64,000 nt of DNA, from positions 4,594,739 through 4,658,738 of the forward strand of contig MU058009.1 of NCBI GenBank assembly GCA_013265495.1. Reading direction: 5' to 3'. The translations under genes and the position numbers were made by a program. This DNA is from Vicugna vicugna (lineage: Eukaryota). Shown piece by piece: positions 1-13,351 of the stretch. The notes beneath the pieces were generated by a model. The model was not told the DNA's origin and ran no database searches. It worked only from the letters and a program-made list of their open reading frames with translations. The first letter of the stretch is position 1; every line of letters begins with the position of its first letter.

Positions 1-54
1 AGCGAAGGAGCCACGACCACCAGTGGTAGGGACACCGGAATTTGCGGAAGTGCT

Positions 55-235
55 TCCTCTGCCATCTGATTAGGGGCGGGGTCCTGGGAAGTCACTTCAG
101 CCCTCTAAATCCTGGTTTGTTCATCTGTAAAATGGGGCTGATAACGGGGTTGTCTGCAAAGATCCAATGTGAGGACTCAGTGAGGCAGTGCGTGCAAAGG
201 GTTTAGCGAAGTTCACTGGGAACGCTCAGGGCGTG
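55..235 (+). mobile_element. MIR SINE fragment
   Basis: Core ggaagtcacttcagccctct...gtttgttcatctgtaaaatggggctgataac...tgtgaggactcagtgag matches the MIR core. Confidence 0.8.
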
Positions 236-1494
236 CAGGCTGCTGCTGGCTTTAGGGCTGCAGCCTGCAGAGGGGAAGAGGTTTATGCAAAGGCTGTATT
301 TCAACAATGAGAAGATGAGCAGCCAAGATTGAAAAAGAAAAAAAAAGGAGACTGGTGAGAGCAAAAGCCACAATCACAAATGCTAGAAAAGCAGAGCGCT
401 CTGAGGAGAGGAGGGGAGGGTGAGGACGGCCCCTGAAGGGGCAGGGGGGTCCCACGCAGCTGGGTAGAAATAAAGAGAGCGCTCAGCGAATTGCCTCTGG
501 GACACCAACCAACTCAAAGGAGTCCCACTTAGCTTAATAAACCTGTTCTGTGTTACTCCCCGCGTTGCCCGGCCTTTGTCTTTGGAGACACGACTTGCAG
601 CGCGTTCTAAAACCGGACATGCGCTGTTCTTCTGAGAAAACACCAGGAGCAGCAAAAGGAGACCCACCCAGTCACTACACACCAACCGGGTTCCACACGC
701 ACGCCCGGGCTGCACGGACGCACAGCGGACCGCACAGTTCATCGTTTCCACCACTGAGCCACCGCTCCTGCCGTACAGGAAGGCACAGAACGTGACTTTC
801 GTCTGTTACCAGCCATGACGGCTTCCGCTGTGTCGACAAAGTGTAGGGATCAGAACACAGAAGGAACCAGATCTATAATCATTAATGTATTAACACTTGG
901 TAACATACTAATAGACCCATGTGAGTAATCTGTATTTCTACAGTATTAAAAAGTGGCTTATACCCGCCTTCTCTTGGCAGTCCCCTCGCTTTACAAAAAT
1001 CTGTGTAGATGGGAGCACGCGCATCACCGGACACCCTCGTAGGACTTCGAACGTGGCAGGACAACTATTATTTGTACACACCTGTCTCCCCACTCCACTG
1101 TTAGTAACGCAAGATAGTTTTTTGGTTTTTTGCTTTAATTTCTGTATTCCTGGGCGGTTGGTCCATGCCAGGCGAAGGTGAGACCCCCATGAACGCCAGC
1201 TGAGTGACCGAGCATCCACGTCACACTGCATTGTGGAGCCATTCCACTTTCCTAAGAAAAGTGGTCCCAGCTGCTGTCTAAAAACCACATCCGCCTGCTC
1301 AGTGTCCCTCACAGAAGCGCACGTGGGCACCCAGGACCCGTGCCCTTCTCCGGCATCATGTCCAATGAGGTGGGTGGGACGGAGTTGCTGCCCCATTCGG
1401 GTGAGCTTTTCCGATCTCCAGACCAGAGCACACATCTCCTGAACTGCGCTCTCCTGAGCTGGACTCAGTGATGACACGGCAGGGCAGGCCCGCC

Positions 1495-1650
1495 GGCCAG
1501 ACCAACCTAAGGGCCCTTGACCCTGAACACGGGCATCTGATCCATCACTGCGGATCCAGACGCAGGCGGTGCCTGTCTGCCTGGGGACTGCTGGTGCCTA
1601 ATATTTGCCTGGAACATACCAGGCACTCAGTAAATGCCATGGAAATATGA
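1495..1650 (+). mobile_element. L2 3' terminal fragment
   Basis: gcctggaacataccaggcactcagtaaatg resembles the L2 terminus (gcctggcacatagtaggcgctcaataaat). Confidence 0.5.
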
Positions 1651-4600
1651 GGAAACGAACAAGCAACCTATTTAAGGGGAAAATGGCAGGTGGAACTGAA
1701 ATATCATCGACAAAGACCCGAGCAGAGGCCTGAATCAAAGACGGCAGGCCACGGGCAGGCACGGGTGAAATGACAAAACTCGGCAGCCGAGGGACCGGGC
1801 AGCACAGGCTCCGGATGCGCGTCTGCCGATCGCGGGCAGCGCAGGCTGCAGGCCAAAGGCGTTTAGAAGCTGAGGTTCCCCGGTTCTGAACTGCCTTCTC
1901 AGCAAGGCTGGCTCGACACTGGCTCAGAGGGAGGCTGCCGCACGCGTCCAGACACTTCTCGCCCTCTAGGTTAGACTCGGGCATGAAGCAGGGAGGCGGA
2001 CGGCTCCCAGCACGAGGCTTCAGGGGGACGCATCTGCGAGGATTAGGAAGAAGCAGAAATGAGGAGGAAGCAGGCACCTCGTTAAAGGGACCGTTTTGTC
2101 GTCCTGCAGACGGAGACGCTCCCCCAGACAGAGTCACGGGAAGAAATTAGCTTCGAATCCAGTGTAAAAACCTGGCTCTTCTGCTCAGTTTAACAACCAC
2201 AGAGAGAAGAAATGTGTGAAGAGACAGCACGGGCCTGTCCGAGCCGCCAGTCCGGGTGCCGGAAGGTCTGCCAGTTGGTGGTGTGTTCCCGGCGCCGGGA
2301 TCAGAGTTGAAGGATACTCAGACAGCTTTGCCAAGAAGCCAGGAGCCCAGCTCCGTTTTTCTCCTAAGGCACTAGAACCTTTGAAAATTGGTTCTTTCTT
2401 CTTCTTTTTTTTTCGAGATTGCAGAATTGGATCTTTTTTTAGCTCTTCTCAGGAAAAGGGAGAAATATTTATGAAGCTTATTAGCAAGCAGACAGCGCTC
2501 TACCTGATAAATACAAACTCTCGCTGAGCCTCCCAGTGTCTCCCGTGCCGTCTCCCAGAGGAACAGAGAGAGGTTCTCACTCGTTGAAATAAATCTTCAG
2601 TGATTTATCTCCGTGGGTCCTGAAGGGGCTGAATGCAGTGTCAAGACAATTCTTCAGAGACTTTTTTCCTCTCCAATCACTGCTTGGTAACCTTAATTTA
2701 GCGTATCCCCACATCCGCTATTTCTGCTCTGAGAAAAGCCGGAATAGATGGAGGTCCGGACGCACGATGTGGAAGGCTTATCGCTGGGACAGATGATCAC
2801 AGGGAGGCAATGCTGCCGCGTCTGTCTCCCAGAATCTGCTCTAAGGAGAGGCTGGAGCTGCCAGGGGCTCCCAGGCCCCTGCGCTGGTGTGGCTGCGATG
2901 CGCTCAGCCGTCTCTTCTACCCACAACCAGAACATCATGGCGAACCCATGCACGGTGGGGTGCTTACCTCAGTCCACCCGGACAATCGCTTTAGTTCTGC
3001 ATTCCACTCACTGACACAGGTTTGTCCACGGGAAGGTTTCAGAAAGGCTTGTTTAAATTTGGATTTGAAAGGAAATAACAATTTTCCAAAGCATCATTCA
3101 TCTGCAGACAATTGAGAACAGTTTTATTAAAAAATAGTAATGAAAGAGCTTACACCGACCCTAAAACTGTGAATATAGCAGACAGCTAACTGGGTGTGCA
3201 AACACACATTTGCACGCACAGTCGGGCGTTTACAGGAGGCTGTGCCCAAGTGTCCAGGCGAAGGCAGGTTCCGTCTGCACTTGGTGGCTTCAAACCGTGG
3301 ACGCCCGGTACCCTGGGGTCGCGTTCCAACATGGAGCCTTTATAAACGCACCGTTCCAGCTTCCTCTTCCTTGAACGTGAATGTGGTCTGGAAGCTGCCA
3401 GCCTGCTTCCGTTCGGAGATATTCTAAGTGATGACAGATGATCCTAATTGCTTGTCACCTTGGTTTCCAAGGGCAGTCGGGGGAACTGAAGAAATGTTAG
3501 GAGTTTGAGGAAAGTCCTGCTTGTTGACAGCAGAGATGATCCTACTTGATAAAGCCAGCGCTGACGGCACCGCAGTCGGAGATCTTCCCTGAAGATGATC
3601 CTATCGAGATAATAGACTGAGTATGTCTGACAGCCAGGTTTTGGGCAGCACCTTTTTTTGCTTTTGTAAAATTTCTCTGCTAGGCACAACCTGCATGATG
3701 AGATCTCGCTTCTATTCTTTTAAAGCTCCATTTTAGAAAGAAAAAAAATGACAAAATATACTGGAAGGAAAGAAAGTCACTTTTCTTTCCAAATCATGAG
3801 CTTCAGCGGGGACTTTTCCTAAGAGCCCTCAGGCCTTCCTGGAACAGGGGCATCCCCGAACAGGTGCTTCTCTGCAGAAGATCTTATGGAAAAACAAGAG
3901 AGTATCATACTCTTTACTTGCACATAAACCTGAGTTCGGATTTTGTGTTTTGACCCTGAGTGTTTGGGCCCAGGTAATCCTCACTAAGAAGCTGGGTGAT
4001 GGTTAAAAAAAAAAGTGACTTCCTCTTTGGAGCCCGGCATGGACAGCCTTGGAGGTGGGGAAGCGGGACTGAGCAACCGTCGAGGTCCAGATCTAACACT
4101 CTCCCAGGCTGTTCAAGGTCTGGTCTCTCTCTTGAAGCCAGCAACAGGGCACAGGTCCAAGAATGACGTAACGCTTACGTTTGGATCCCCTTGGGTCCTG
4201 CTTTGTTTGACAAAAGGTAACAAGACCTCAAAAGCGTGCTGCGTTCCCAGGAGCCCTGCGTGGTGCCCGCCGCGCCGGGACTTCCCGTATCTGCAGATGA
4301 GTTTTGCACAACGTTCATGTGTCATTAAGGGCAGCGTCCCTGTTACCGGCTCAGTGCTGTTCCCATCAACACCACCTTTTTACCTTTCTTCCGGGATGAC
4401 AGAGAGCACCTTCCCCTAAAGAGGCTCAAACACAGAACCCACTTTTCCGAGCCTCTCTTCAGCTGCCAGGACATGACAGATCATCGCACCTTCATCTTAA
4501 TTAGCAGAATCTGAGGGTGAGCTCGAGGGAGTGTATCTGGAGAACCGTCCCCTCCTTCGTGAAAAGGGACATGGAGAAACCCCCTTCCTTTTGGCTTCTC

Positions 4601-6494
4601 CTGAGTACTGCTGTGTCCCCATGTCTGTCTGCAGATCCTGCCGCCACCTTCTAAAAAGTCCGACGGTTCAAACCTGATGGCCAAACGCGCACACGGAGAA
4701 GAGACGGAAAGAGCCTGGGTCTGGAGACTACATCACAGCCCTGATTTCCACACCCCCCCACCCCCGACTTCCCAGGGAGATGATAAATGCCTTCATTGTT
4801 TAGACTGAATTCTTGTGGGAAGGACATGCCTCGGAGCCCTTTCGGACGTTCCTTCCCCCTGAGGGACACCCTGGGTGTTTCTCAGAGCTCCCCAGGCGGC
4901 TCCCACCCCCAGGGGGCGAGGAATGTCTGAATCTGTGAGGGACCTGGTAGGAAGCACCAGCCTTCCCGTCTGCCGGGAGCGGCCCCCTGCCCGAGGCCCC
5001 GTGCTGCGCCGCGGGGAGGCCAGGCCCGGCCGGGCAGCCCGGGCTCTCCTGGCGGCTCCTGTGCACGGGCACGTGAGCCTCCCATTCTCAGACTCGGGAC
5101 TGGAATGTCCATCCGCCTGAAGATACAAACCACACGAGCCACGTTCAGTTTGTACCAGAAATGAAGGCGCTGTGTTCACGTCTACCCGCTTCCTCCTTGT
5201 CCGCCTGCTGAGGTTTTCTGAACCCGGGCAGGCAGAAGACGTGTAACTGGCAGCGCTCCGCAGACGCGGGGAGCTGGCGCTGTGTGGCTCAGAGCAGGAA
5301 CCAGCTCGTCATGTTGTTTGCACAGATCTTCTGATTAGAAGAGGGCCATTTTCAAGCTGGAACGGTGCCACTTCCTCAGGCTTCCCCGCCTTCCGCGCTC
5401 AGGGTCCGGCTCACACGTGGTTCTGCTTGCCGGGGCTCTGGCTGACTGGGGCCTAGATTCGCCATCCCCGAGCCTTTTTGGAGTGCGGCGGGAACGCGCT
5501 CGTTAGGTCTGCCGCAGACGCACAAATGAGGCTGGACGCTTATGCTGGTTCACCTCCTCTGGCGGCGAAGCCCCTCCCTGCCCGTCTGAACCGCTGGAAG
5601 GAGTCCAGAGCTGAGCAACAGCTTGGCTGCTGGAAAGACCTGGAGGGAAGAAGATGCTGGAATTTGCATAGTTGGGCCAAGTGACAACTGAGAGGCGGTT
5701 ATGACAGAGGAGATCGACGTTCTGCGCAGCAGGAAGAACTGGGGCTGCTGGAGGTGGGGAGACAGAGCACAGAAAGAAATCAGTCCTCGGGGGCTGAAAA
5801 TCACGGAACCTTTCAGGCAGAGGCTTCTCCGGGGCTGCACGGCACTGCCCCGCAGATAAGGCGGTGCGCTGGAAACAGCGCAGCCACGGAGACAGACAGA
5901 CCTCCAGCTCGGGACTGAAGGACGCCCGGCCTTCCAAAGACGACTCGGCCTTTCTGAACATCAGTGTTTCCGTCCTCAGCGTGGAAACAGCACTGCCTGC
6001 TCTCCTGACGGCGCAGAGTGGTGGAGGGCTGATGAGCTAACGAGGAAATAAGCGTCACCCGTGGCTTTGCGGGCAGCCCCGTAAATTTACGGTCTCCCCT
6101 CCCCCTCCCCCAGCCCCGCCGGCAGAGCTGCGGGAGGGGGTTTCGGAGCTCCCCTCGGGGCCCGGGAGGTGCTGCCCGAGTGTCTGCGCGGGGCCTCACA
6201 CCAGGCCCTCCCCGCCATGCTCAGCCGGACCTGGATTCTCTATCCAAGCGACGTTTACAGGAGGGACTCGTTCCAACAGCCCAGCCCAGCTGGGCGTGGC
6301 TGGCAGATGCGCATTTCTGCAGAAGTGCTTCGTCACCAAACTGTAAACCCAGACAAGCCTGGCGACTCAGCGCCCGTCCACACGCGGCCCTTCAGCCTCT
6401 GAAGGGCGTCTCGGGCGTCAACAAAAACAGCAGCAGCAAGAGCAGTGTCACGTGGCCCTCTCACTCCGTGACGATGCTAGACGTTGTCTGGGAC

Positions 6495-6755
6495 ACTTTT
6501 AAACATATTTCTTTTCCGTCTTAGTCTACTGGCTTTTTAATACTTTTGCCATAGGGTAATTTTTTAAAATAAACAAAGTCAAATATGATTTTTTTTTCCT
6601 TTTTTAAACGTTTTTAGGTGTTTGGGGTTAAAAAATATGCTCCTAAAACTAGGAATGTGTATATATATACAGTCTAAGTGTACATGGTCATAAATGTTCT
6701 TCTGAGGTTATTTTGTTATTTTAACATTGAGGGATTTAATCCATTTTTTAAAAAA
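6495..6755 (-). mobile_element. Ancient L1M fragment
   Basis: T-rich antisense L1 motifs (aaacatatttctt..., aagtcaaatatgatttttt, ttaacattgagggatttaatccatttt). Confidence 0.5.
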
Positions 6756-6759
6756 TGTA

Positions 6760-7735
6760 TCCAGACTACTTTATTGAGATAAAATGTATGTACCGTAGCT
6801 CTTAAGTGTATAATCTGAAGCATTTTGAAGAAGTTATGTATGCTGGTAACTACCATCGAAGACAAGTAGACTATTTCCCATTAAAGGCCCCGCAAGGCTT
6901 TTCCCATCGGCAGCCAGGACTTAGATCGGCGGCTAGTCTCGCCCGTCTGAGTGTCAGCTCTGAGGCCTCACGTAAAGCGCGCCATTGTGACTGGCTTCTC
7001 TTACTGAACCGAATGCTCCTCAAAATCTTCTCTGTGATACATAAACTGGTAGTTCATTCTTTTTAATTTTTTGCTAAGTAGTAGTTCATTGTATGAGTCA
7101 TCACAGTTTGCTTGTCCGTTCTCCAATTAGTGTATATTTGGGTTGTTTCCAGTTTTTTGTGATAAAGTTTGCATACAAGTCTCTTTGTGGACACATGTTC
7201 TCATTTCTCTCAGGTAAAGAGCAGGGAGCAGGGCTGCTGGGTCACGACGGAGACGCTGAAGTTCACAAGGAACTTCCAGATGTTTGAAAAAAAGGAGGCC
7301 TCTCATGAACTCATCTACAGAACAGAAACAGACTCACAGACACAGCAAACTAACTTGCGGTTATCAGCCGGAAAAGGGGTGGGAGGGGATAAACGGGGAG
7401 TTCAAGATTTGCAGATACTGACTACTGTGTATAAAATAGATAAGCAACAAGGTTGTACTGCAGAGCACAGGCAGCTACAGTCAGTGTCTCGCAGTGACCT
7501 ATGATGAAAAAGAACATGAAAAGGAGCGTGTGTATGTATGCATATGACTGAAACATGATGCTGTGCACCAGAAATCGACACATTGTAACTGACTAGACTT
7601 CAATTTAAAGAAAATCATTGTACCTTTTTACACCCACCAGCCACGTACGGGCGTTGCAGCAACTCGGCATCCTCACCGACACTTGGTACCACCAGTCTCT
7701 GTTCCCACTCACCTAGCAGGTGTCTAGTGGTGCAT
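6760..7735 (-). mobile_element. L1MB/ME-type 3' end, split by a younger L1 at 7286-7614
   Basis: ctttattgagataaaat..., tgtgactggcttctcttactgaac, tttgggttgtttccagtttttt. It resumes after the insert with ttgtacctttttacacccaccagc...catcctcaccgacacttggta. Confidence 0.8.
7286..7614 (+). mobile_element. Cetartiodactyl/camelid L1 3'UTR fragment
   Basis: atgaactcatctacagaacagaaacagactcacagac...gatttgcagatactgactactg...tgcaccagaaatcgacacattgtaactgactagacttcaat plus A-rich tail. Confidence 0.88.
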
Positions 7736-7859
7736 TCTCCCCACTCTGGGAGCACAACCCCCCACGGCCTTTTTACTTATCACTGTAACACACACTCTCA
7801 TATTACAAATGTTCTTTACAAACACAACAACATGTAAGCCATCATTTCTTTACTAATCA

Positions 7860-8345
7860 GAATAACGTTTTCACTATCATAAATAAATAACAACGTGATG
7901 AACATCTTTATATATGGACATTTGGGTTTTATTCATTCCTTTAGTCAAAATTAACAGGTGTGCAATCACTAGCTTAAGGGATGACTGCCTTAATGGTCTC
8001 AGGTACAGATGGCAAATGGCTTTCTAAAATAATTTACATCCCACCAATAAGCCATGACAGTGACTTTTTCACCATAACTTTCCCACAATTCTTTAGTGTC
8101 AATATAACAATTGAAAAATGGCATTTTGAAGTGTAAGTTAATTAGTTTCTTTTGTGTACATTCTCATGTTAATAATTCCATGTCCTCTTTTAAAATAAGC
8201 TATTCTTATTTTTTTAATCTATTAGTGCCTTTTATTTTCTTTAAATCACTTATTATTCCCTATTTAGAGGATAATGATATTAACCCTATGCTGGACATAT
8301 TGCAGCCGATAATTTTTCCAGTTTTCTTAACTGTTTGATTTTGTT
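7860..8345 (-). mobile_element. L1ME-type fragment
   Basis: aaataacaacgtgatgaacatcttt..., tttacatcccaccaata, gatattaaccct...atattgcag...tttttccag. Confidence 0.6.
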
Positions 8346-9085
8346 TTAAATAGAACAATTTCCCACAGAGCAAAGATGACATATAAACTGAAGAAATCAT
8401 GCACTCGATGCTGCACCTGGGGCCAATGAAGAAAAAGCAAAATAAAGCAAAAAAAAATCATTTTTAGTGGTTTCTGACATTTTAAGAGGTTTCTGTTGGT
8501 GTAATGAAAAGGTGTGGCTATGTAGCCATGTTTTGTTACGGCCGGGCAGGCTGTGAAGAGCACACAGGAGGCGCCCTCCCTCCACTCGAAGTGTGAGCAT
8601 TTAGGCTGTAAGTAAACAGGAGGAGCTGTACACCCCAAGCATGGACACGTAAGGCAGGGAATCCTGTGTACAGCGCCTGCCCTCGGCATTCCTGCAGTAA
8701 AGGCGGCTGCAGTAACCTGGTTTGAGCTGTTATTATTTTTTCCTACCTACAGATTAAGAAAATCCAATCAATTCACTAGTCAGGTAGAGTTATTAGACAA
8801 CCCGTATTGCTTCTGTCACAATCCTTTCAATAGATGTATTGTTTCTTCTGGTCATTGTGTAGCTTGTATTTCCTGTTGCTAAGTTATTTAAGCAATTCAA
8901 TCACCTCTCTGTAGTCTGGCACCAAAATACTCCCTTAATTGCAACAGATATAGAATGCATCTGTTTACTTTTTTTCCCTCTGGATTTATGCTTCACTCTA
9001 TTTATAGCCTTTTAGTGTTGGCAGGTGTGATGTTTCATCATTTGAATGTATCGTAAAAAGGGTTGTTTTTAAAAGAGTGACACTA

Positions 9086-9088
9086 TGT

Positions 9089-9124
<36 letters not shown>
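9086..9124. repeat. (TG)n microsatellite
   Basis: About 19 units with one interruption. Confidence 0.95.
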
Positions 9125-9126
<2 letters not shown>

Positions 9127-9399
9127 AGAATGTTCCCTTAAACGGGTTCAGCATATCTGAGGTGTTTCCAGCAAAAGAACAAATGTGAAAGAGCTCATAG
9201 TCCAAACCCCAGGCAGCCCGATTCTTCACGTACAGACCTCACAGCACGTAGCAATGAACCAGTTCATTTGAATCCTAGACCCACCCCTTCTTCTGGTGGT
9301 GGAGCCACTTATTTAGGACATGTCAAGAGGCCCTTGGGAGGTCATTATTTACAAGAGGAAAACCTATTCATACAGATAAGCTGATTTTTCATTTTTTTG

Positions 9400-9960
9400 C
9401 CAGGCCCTCCCCATATCTTCTATACACGGCATCTGCATTCACGATACGGTACGTGTGTTTTCAAAACCCCAATCTGATGGTATTAATCATATTTCTATCC
9501 CAGCATAAAATCCTTCTGTGGTTTCCAAATTCCTTATCTCTGCCCTTAACTCCGCACAGCATCTGACTCTTGCCTTTCTGTCCGGCTTTATCTCTGCCCA
9601 TACGCGCTGCCACCCAGAGCTCCTTGGAGCTCCCCGAGCAGGCTGTGTGGTTCCACGGGTCCGAGCCTGCAGGGCTTGTCCTCCTTTGTCAGTTGGCTTT
9701 ATTTTTAATCATCATTCCAGAATCTTACTGTCAACCTTTCTTTAAAATGTATCCAGCTGTCCCTGGGAAGGGGGTGACCGTGGTCTTTCCTAGAATCCAT
9801 CACATCCTGTTCATACGTGTCTTATAAAGCCCGAGATGCTCTGTCTATTGACATCTTTGTTTATTTATTGATACCAAAGACTACAAGCTCCTTGAAGAAA
9901 GGGACTGCACGTGACCTGGCGCTGACCTCAAGGAGGAGTTCAATACATTTTTGCTGGGAA
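9400..9960 (+). mobile_element. L2 3' region
   Basis: aaaaccccaatctgat, taaaatccttctgtggtttcc, agactacaagctccttgaagaaagggactg, gttcaatacatttttgctg. Confidence 0.7.
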
Positions 9961-10754
9961 GAAACCCACATGGAGGCAGGTAACTAAACGCATAAACATC
10001 ACCCAGTAAGCGCTACAGAGACGTGTCACCCATCCGCACGGAGAAGACGGCCCGCGGCGCTAGCGGCCGGTTCGGGGCACTTCAGGCGGGCCTGAGGACT
10101 CCGAGGATCACAGCGGCGCGGAGGCGGGAAAGACTCCGGCAGGCAGGCCTCTGCCCTCGTTAAATTCACCCCACACACACGTGTCCGGCTCCCCGATGCC
10201 AGACGCCGTGCTGCATGCCAGCACATGGCGGTGTAAGGCCTCGCGTCTGCCTCCCAGCCCCGCCAGCGCACGGTCTGGCTCTGAAGGGGTTCTGACGGCG
10301 CGTGTGTCCGGGGCTTGGCACCGCACGGGAGAGGCACCCCACCTCGTCTCCCCGTCTAAGAGAGGCTTTCCTGCAGAGACGACACCCGACGTGCACTCGG
10401 AGGGGACGAGCAGGGGTCCTTCTGCCCCGGCTCGGCGACCTGGCGGTCACCGTGCCAGCTCACAGGCAGCACAGAGCCAGGCTGGTTTCCGAGTTGGCGG
10501 GAGAGGAAGCGCAGGCGTCCCTGGGTCACCCAGCCCCACTCAGACGGCAGGGGATGCGCGAAAGCGCATCTTCCCACAGCCCGCTGCGCGGGAACGCCGC
10601 CAGGCCTGCTGTGCCCGTCAGCGCTCGTGTGACAACACGATGTTGAGAGGCCACTAGGACGGTCTGGTGAGGCAGAGACCAAGGGCAAACAGAGAATCGG
10701 GGGGAGCCGGGTAAGAAGGAGTAAGAACTTGTCTTGAGACACTGGTTTCAAATA

Positions 10755-10777
10755 TGTGTGTGTGTGTGTGTGTGTGT
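10755..10777. repeat. (TG)n microsatellite
   Basis: About 11 perfect units. Confidence 0.95.
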
Positions 10778-10909
10778 ATACTATTCAGGTAATTAAAAAT
10801 ACTAGAAACGTGGATTTCCACACACTGGTGATTGCACTTGGAGGAACAAGATAGAGGCAAGAGTCAAAGGTGGTCCTTTGGTTCCAGCCTTTGGTGGGTG
10901 TGTAGGGGC

Positions 10910-11420
10910 TGCAGTTACCAGATTAAACACTGGACACCCATGACGTCCAAACTAAAGCTCCGACAGTGTGGCCCCAAGGTGCGAACTTTCAGCTATTAGA
11001 TGGGTAAGCCCTGAGGCTCGAATGTCTGGCGTGGTGAGTAGAGTTAATAATTTTGAATTGTAATAATACCTTAAGGTTATACTATATTGTAATGAACACA
11101 GCATAATGATACATCGTACACCTGGCATTTGCTGAGAGAGTAGATCTTAAGTGCTCTCGCCACAAAAAAGAAACAGTAACCGCGTGAGACAATGGGTGTG
11201 TCATGTGTATCAAGTCATCACACTGAACTCCTTAAATATCACAATCTTTCTTTGTCAACTGTACCTCAACAATGCTGGAAAAAAATCGAAAGTCAAAAAA
11301 GCAAGAAAACATTGAGCAGGCATACTCATACCAAAAAGATGAACAGTTTACTCATCTGAAGTTCACACGTAACGGGGTGTCCTGCAGTTGTCACCACTGC
11401 TGCTGGACCCGGCAGCTCTA
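10910..11420 (+). mobile_element. MER53-like hAT MITE (halves 10910-~10965 and ~11310-11420)
   Basis: 5' gttaccagattaaacactggacaccca and 3' catactcataccaaaaa...ttactcatctgaagttcacacgtaacggggtgtcctg...ccggcagctcta match the MER53 halves. Degenerate 8-bp TSD gtaggggc (10902-10909) / agaggggc (11421-11428). Confidence 0.7.
10970..11310 (+). mobile_element. L1MA9/10-type 3'UTR end nested in the MITE
   Basis: aactttcagctattagatgggtaag, tttgctgagagagtagatcttaagtgctctcgccacaaaaaa, tttgtcaactgtacctcaacaatgctggaaaaaaa. Confidence 0.85.
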
Positions 11421-13351
11421 AGAGGGGCCTTGAATGATGATCTAGATGAGAAAGAGGAAGAGCAGAAGGTGGGGGGAGCTGAGGGGGTCACGGAGGGCTG
11501 CTGGGGGAGCTGACAGGACACTCAGGGGCTCATGGCTGGTGGACAATTGCGGGGGGGTCAAGGCAGACACAGACTGTGGCGTCTGAGCTCAGTATAAGGG
11601 TGTGCAGACTGCATGGAGGCGGAGCCTGGACCAGACCCCGTGGGCCCCTCCAGGCAAGGCTGCACAGAGGCGAGGCATCCTTGAAGGACAGTGAGGAGTG
11701 AGAGGGGCTCATGGACAACGGGGCGTGAGGGACGTCCTGGAAACGAGAGGGTTTCTCTCAGGAGAGAACGCAAACAGGGTCAACGTCCACCAGGGGGTGA
11801 AGTGCGAGGAGAAATGAGGCGAGCTTCTTGGACGTTAGCACTAACCTTGTCACGCGTGGCTCCTGCAAGGTGAGGGTGGAAGCCAATTGTACGTGCCCCC
11901 CCCCACCGCCTCAGTTCTCCTAAACACGTGAGCTGTGCTGCTGAACACAACTGCCTGTAGTTGCCTTGATGTAAGTCATAAGGTTACGATTTCCACCAGA
12001 GGGTAATTTTATTAATTGCTATGTTAAGCCTTGCAAATAAATTATGAATAATGGAACAATAAATCGCAAATCTTTATCGAGTGCCAGCTGTAATCTAGCG
12101 AAGATGCTAAGTGCTACAGGTATGCCAAACACAGCTGAAACCAACCCTGGCATCACCAAGTTAGGCGTTTATAATGCAGGTGACCAAATTTGCTCAACTG
12201 AAAAGAGCAGCCTGTCCGAAGCCTCTAATGGTCCTCAAACACCAAGTTTTCAGCGTATATATATAAACTCATAAACTCTGAAATTCGTTTTGTCCCTGGC
12301 AGGGAACACTTGAGACAGATCAGTCAGAGAATGTGAAAAGAAATGTTAAATCTTTTTTTTTTTTTAAGCAAAGGAGTAAGTATAAAAAAGTGATTTCTTT
12401 TTACTGTCGCCACCTTACGTGTTCTAACCAGTCGCAGCCGCCCAGACCGACCCTGCGGGAGGGCGGCCAGACCAGGCCCACCTGAGGCCCAGCCGCCCGT
12501 GTTCAGGGCACATCGAAGGGCGGATGACACGCAGCCCCTCCAGGTTTTCTCGTCAACACAGCGTATATGATAACGTGAAAACACCGACGTTACACCTACT
12601 GTGTAACCACCTGTCAGTAAATTTATGAACAATTAGAAAGTGAAGGTACTTTCTGGGGAGCAATTTGGAGAAGCAATAAAACGCTCACTTTTCAGAAATG
12701 GAATAGAACAACAACTTTTCTCTTCTTTCCCCCAAAACAGCTTTTGCAGTAATTAATCAGCCCTGCGCTGCTGCTGTTTTCAATGCTTCAGTTTGCAGCC
12801 GCACTGGGCGGGCGTGGCCGCGGGGGCCGGCAGAGCTGGGGAGTGCCACCCCGGCTCCTCCTGAGCAGCTCTGTGCCGCCGCCTGTGCCTCCCGCACTGG
12901 CTCACCGGTGCTCGGAAGGACGCGCGGGCGCCAGCATCCTCCCCGCGGAGCAGACGCTCTGCCCAGGACATCTCACGACGCACCTGCTGTTCCGCTTTGA
13001 CTTTACGGGCAAGGTCTCCATCTCATGTCCCCCAGTGGCGGGACTGGCTGTGCCCTCCCGAAGTGTCTGCAGTCCCTCGGGTGGGATGGGAGGCCCTCCT
13101 TCTAGACTTATCCCTCCGAAGGGCTGCAGAGGGAGCACAGCGCCCGGCTTACGGCCGGGCAGGCTGGGCTCAGAGGGAAAGAGGGCTGCCAGGGCCTCTT
13201 GGGGGGCAAGACTTCAAGCCCAGGTTTCTGGGTCTGTTCCTCGCTCGGCAGTACAGAGATGCTGCCCCAACATGAGTGAAATCAGATTCACGCTTTCAGC
13301 CTCCACAGAAGACAAGGGCAGCACAGACCCCAAAGCGCAGCTTGGTACCAC

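Larger units (their letters stand above)
10790..11890 (-). mobile_element. L2 fragment interrupted by a MER53-like MITE and L1
   Basis: gagtcaaaggtggtcctttggttccagcct (10860) and gagagggtttctctcaggag...ttggacgttagca...ggtggaagccaattg (11745-11890) are antisense L2 motifs. Confidence 0.55.
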
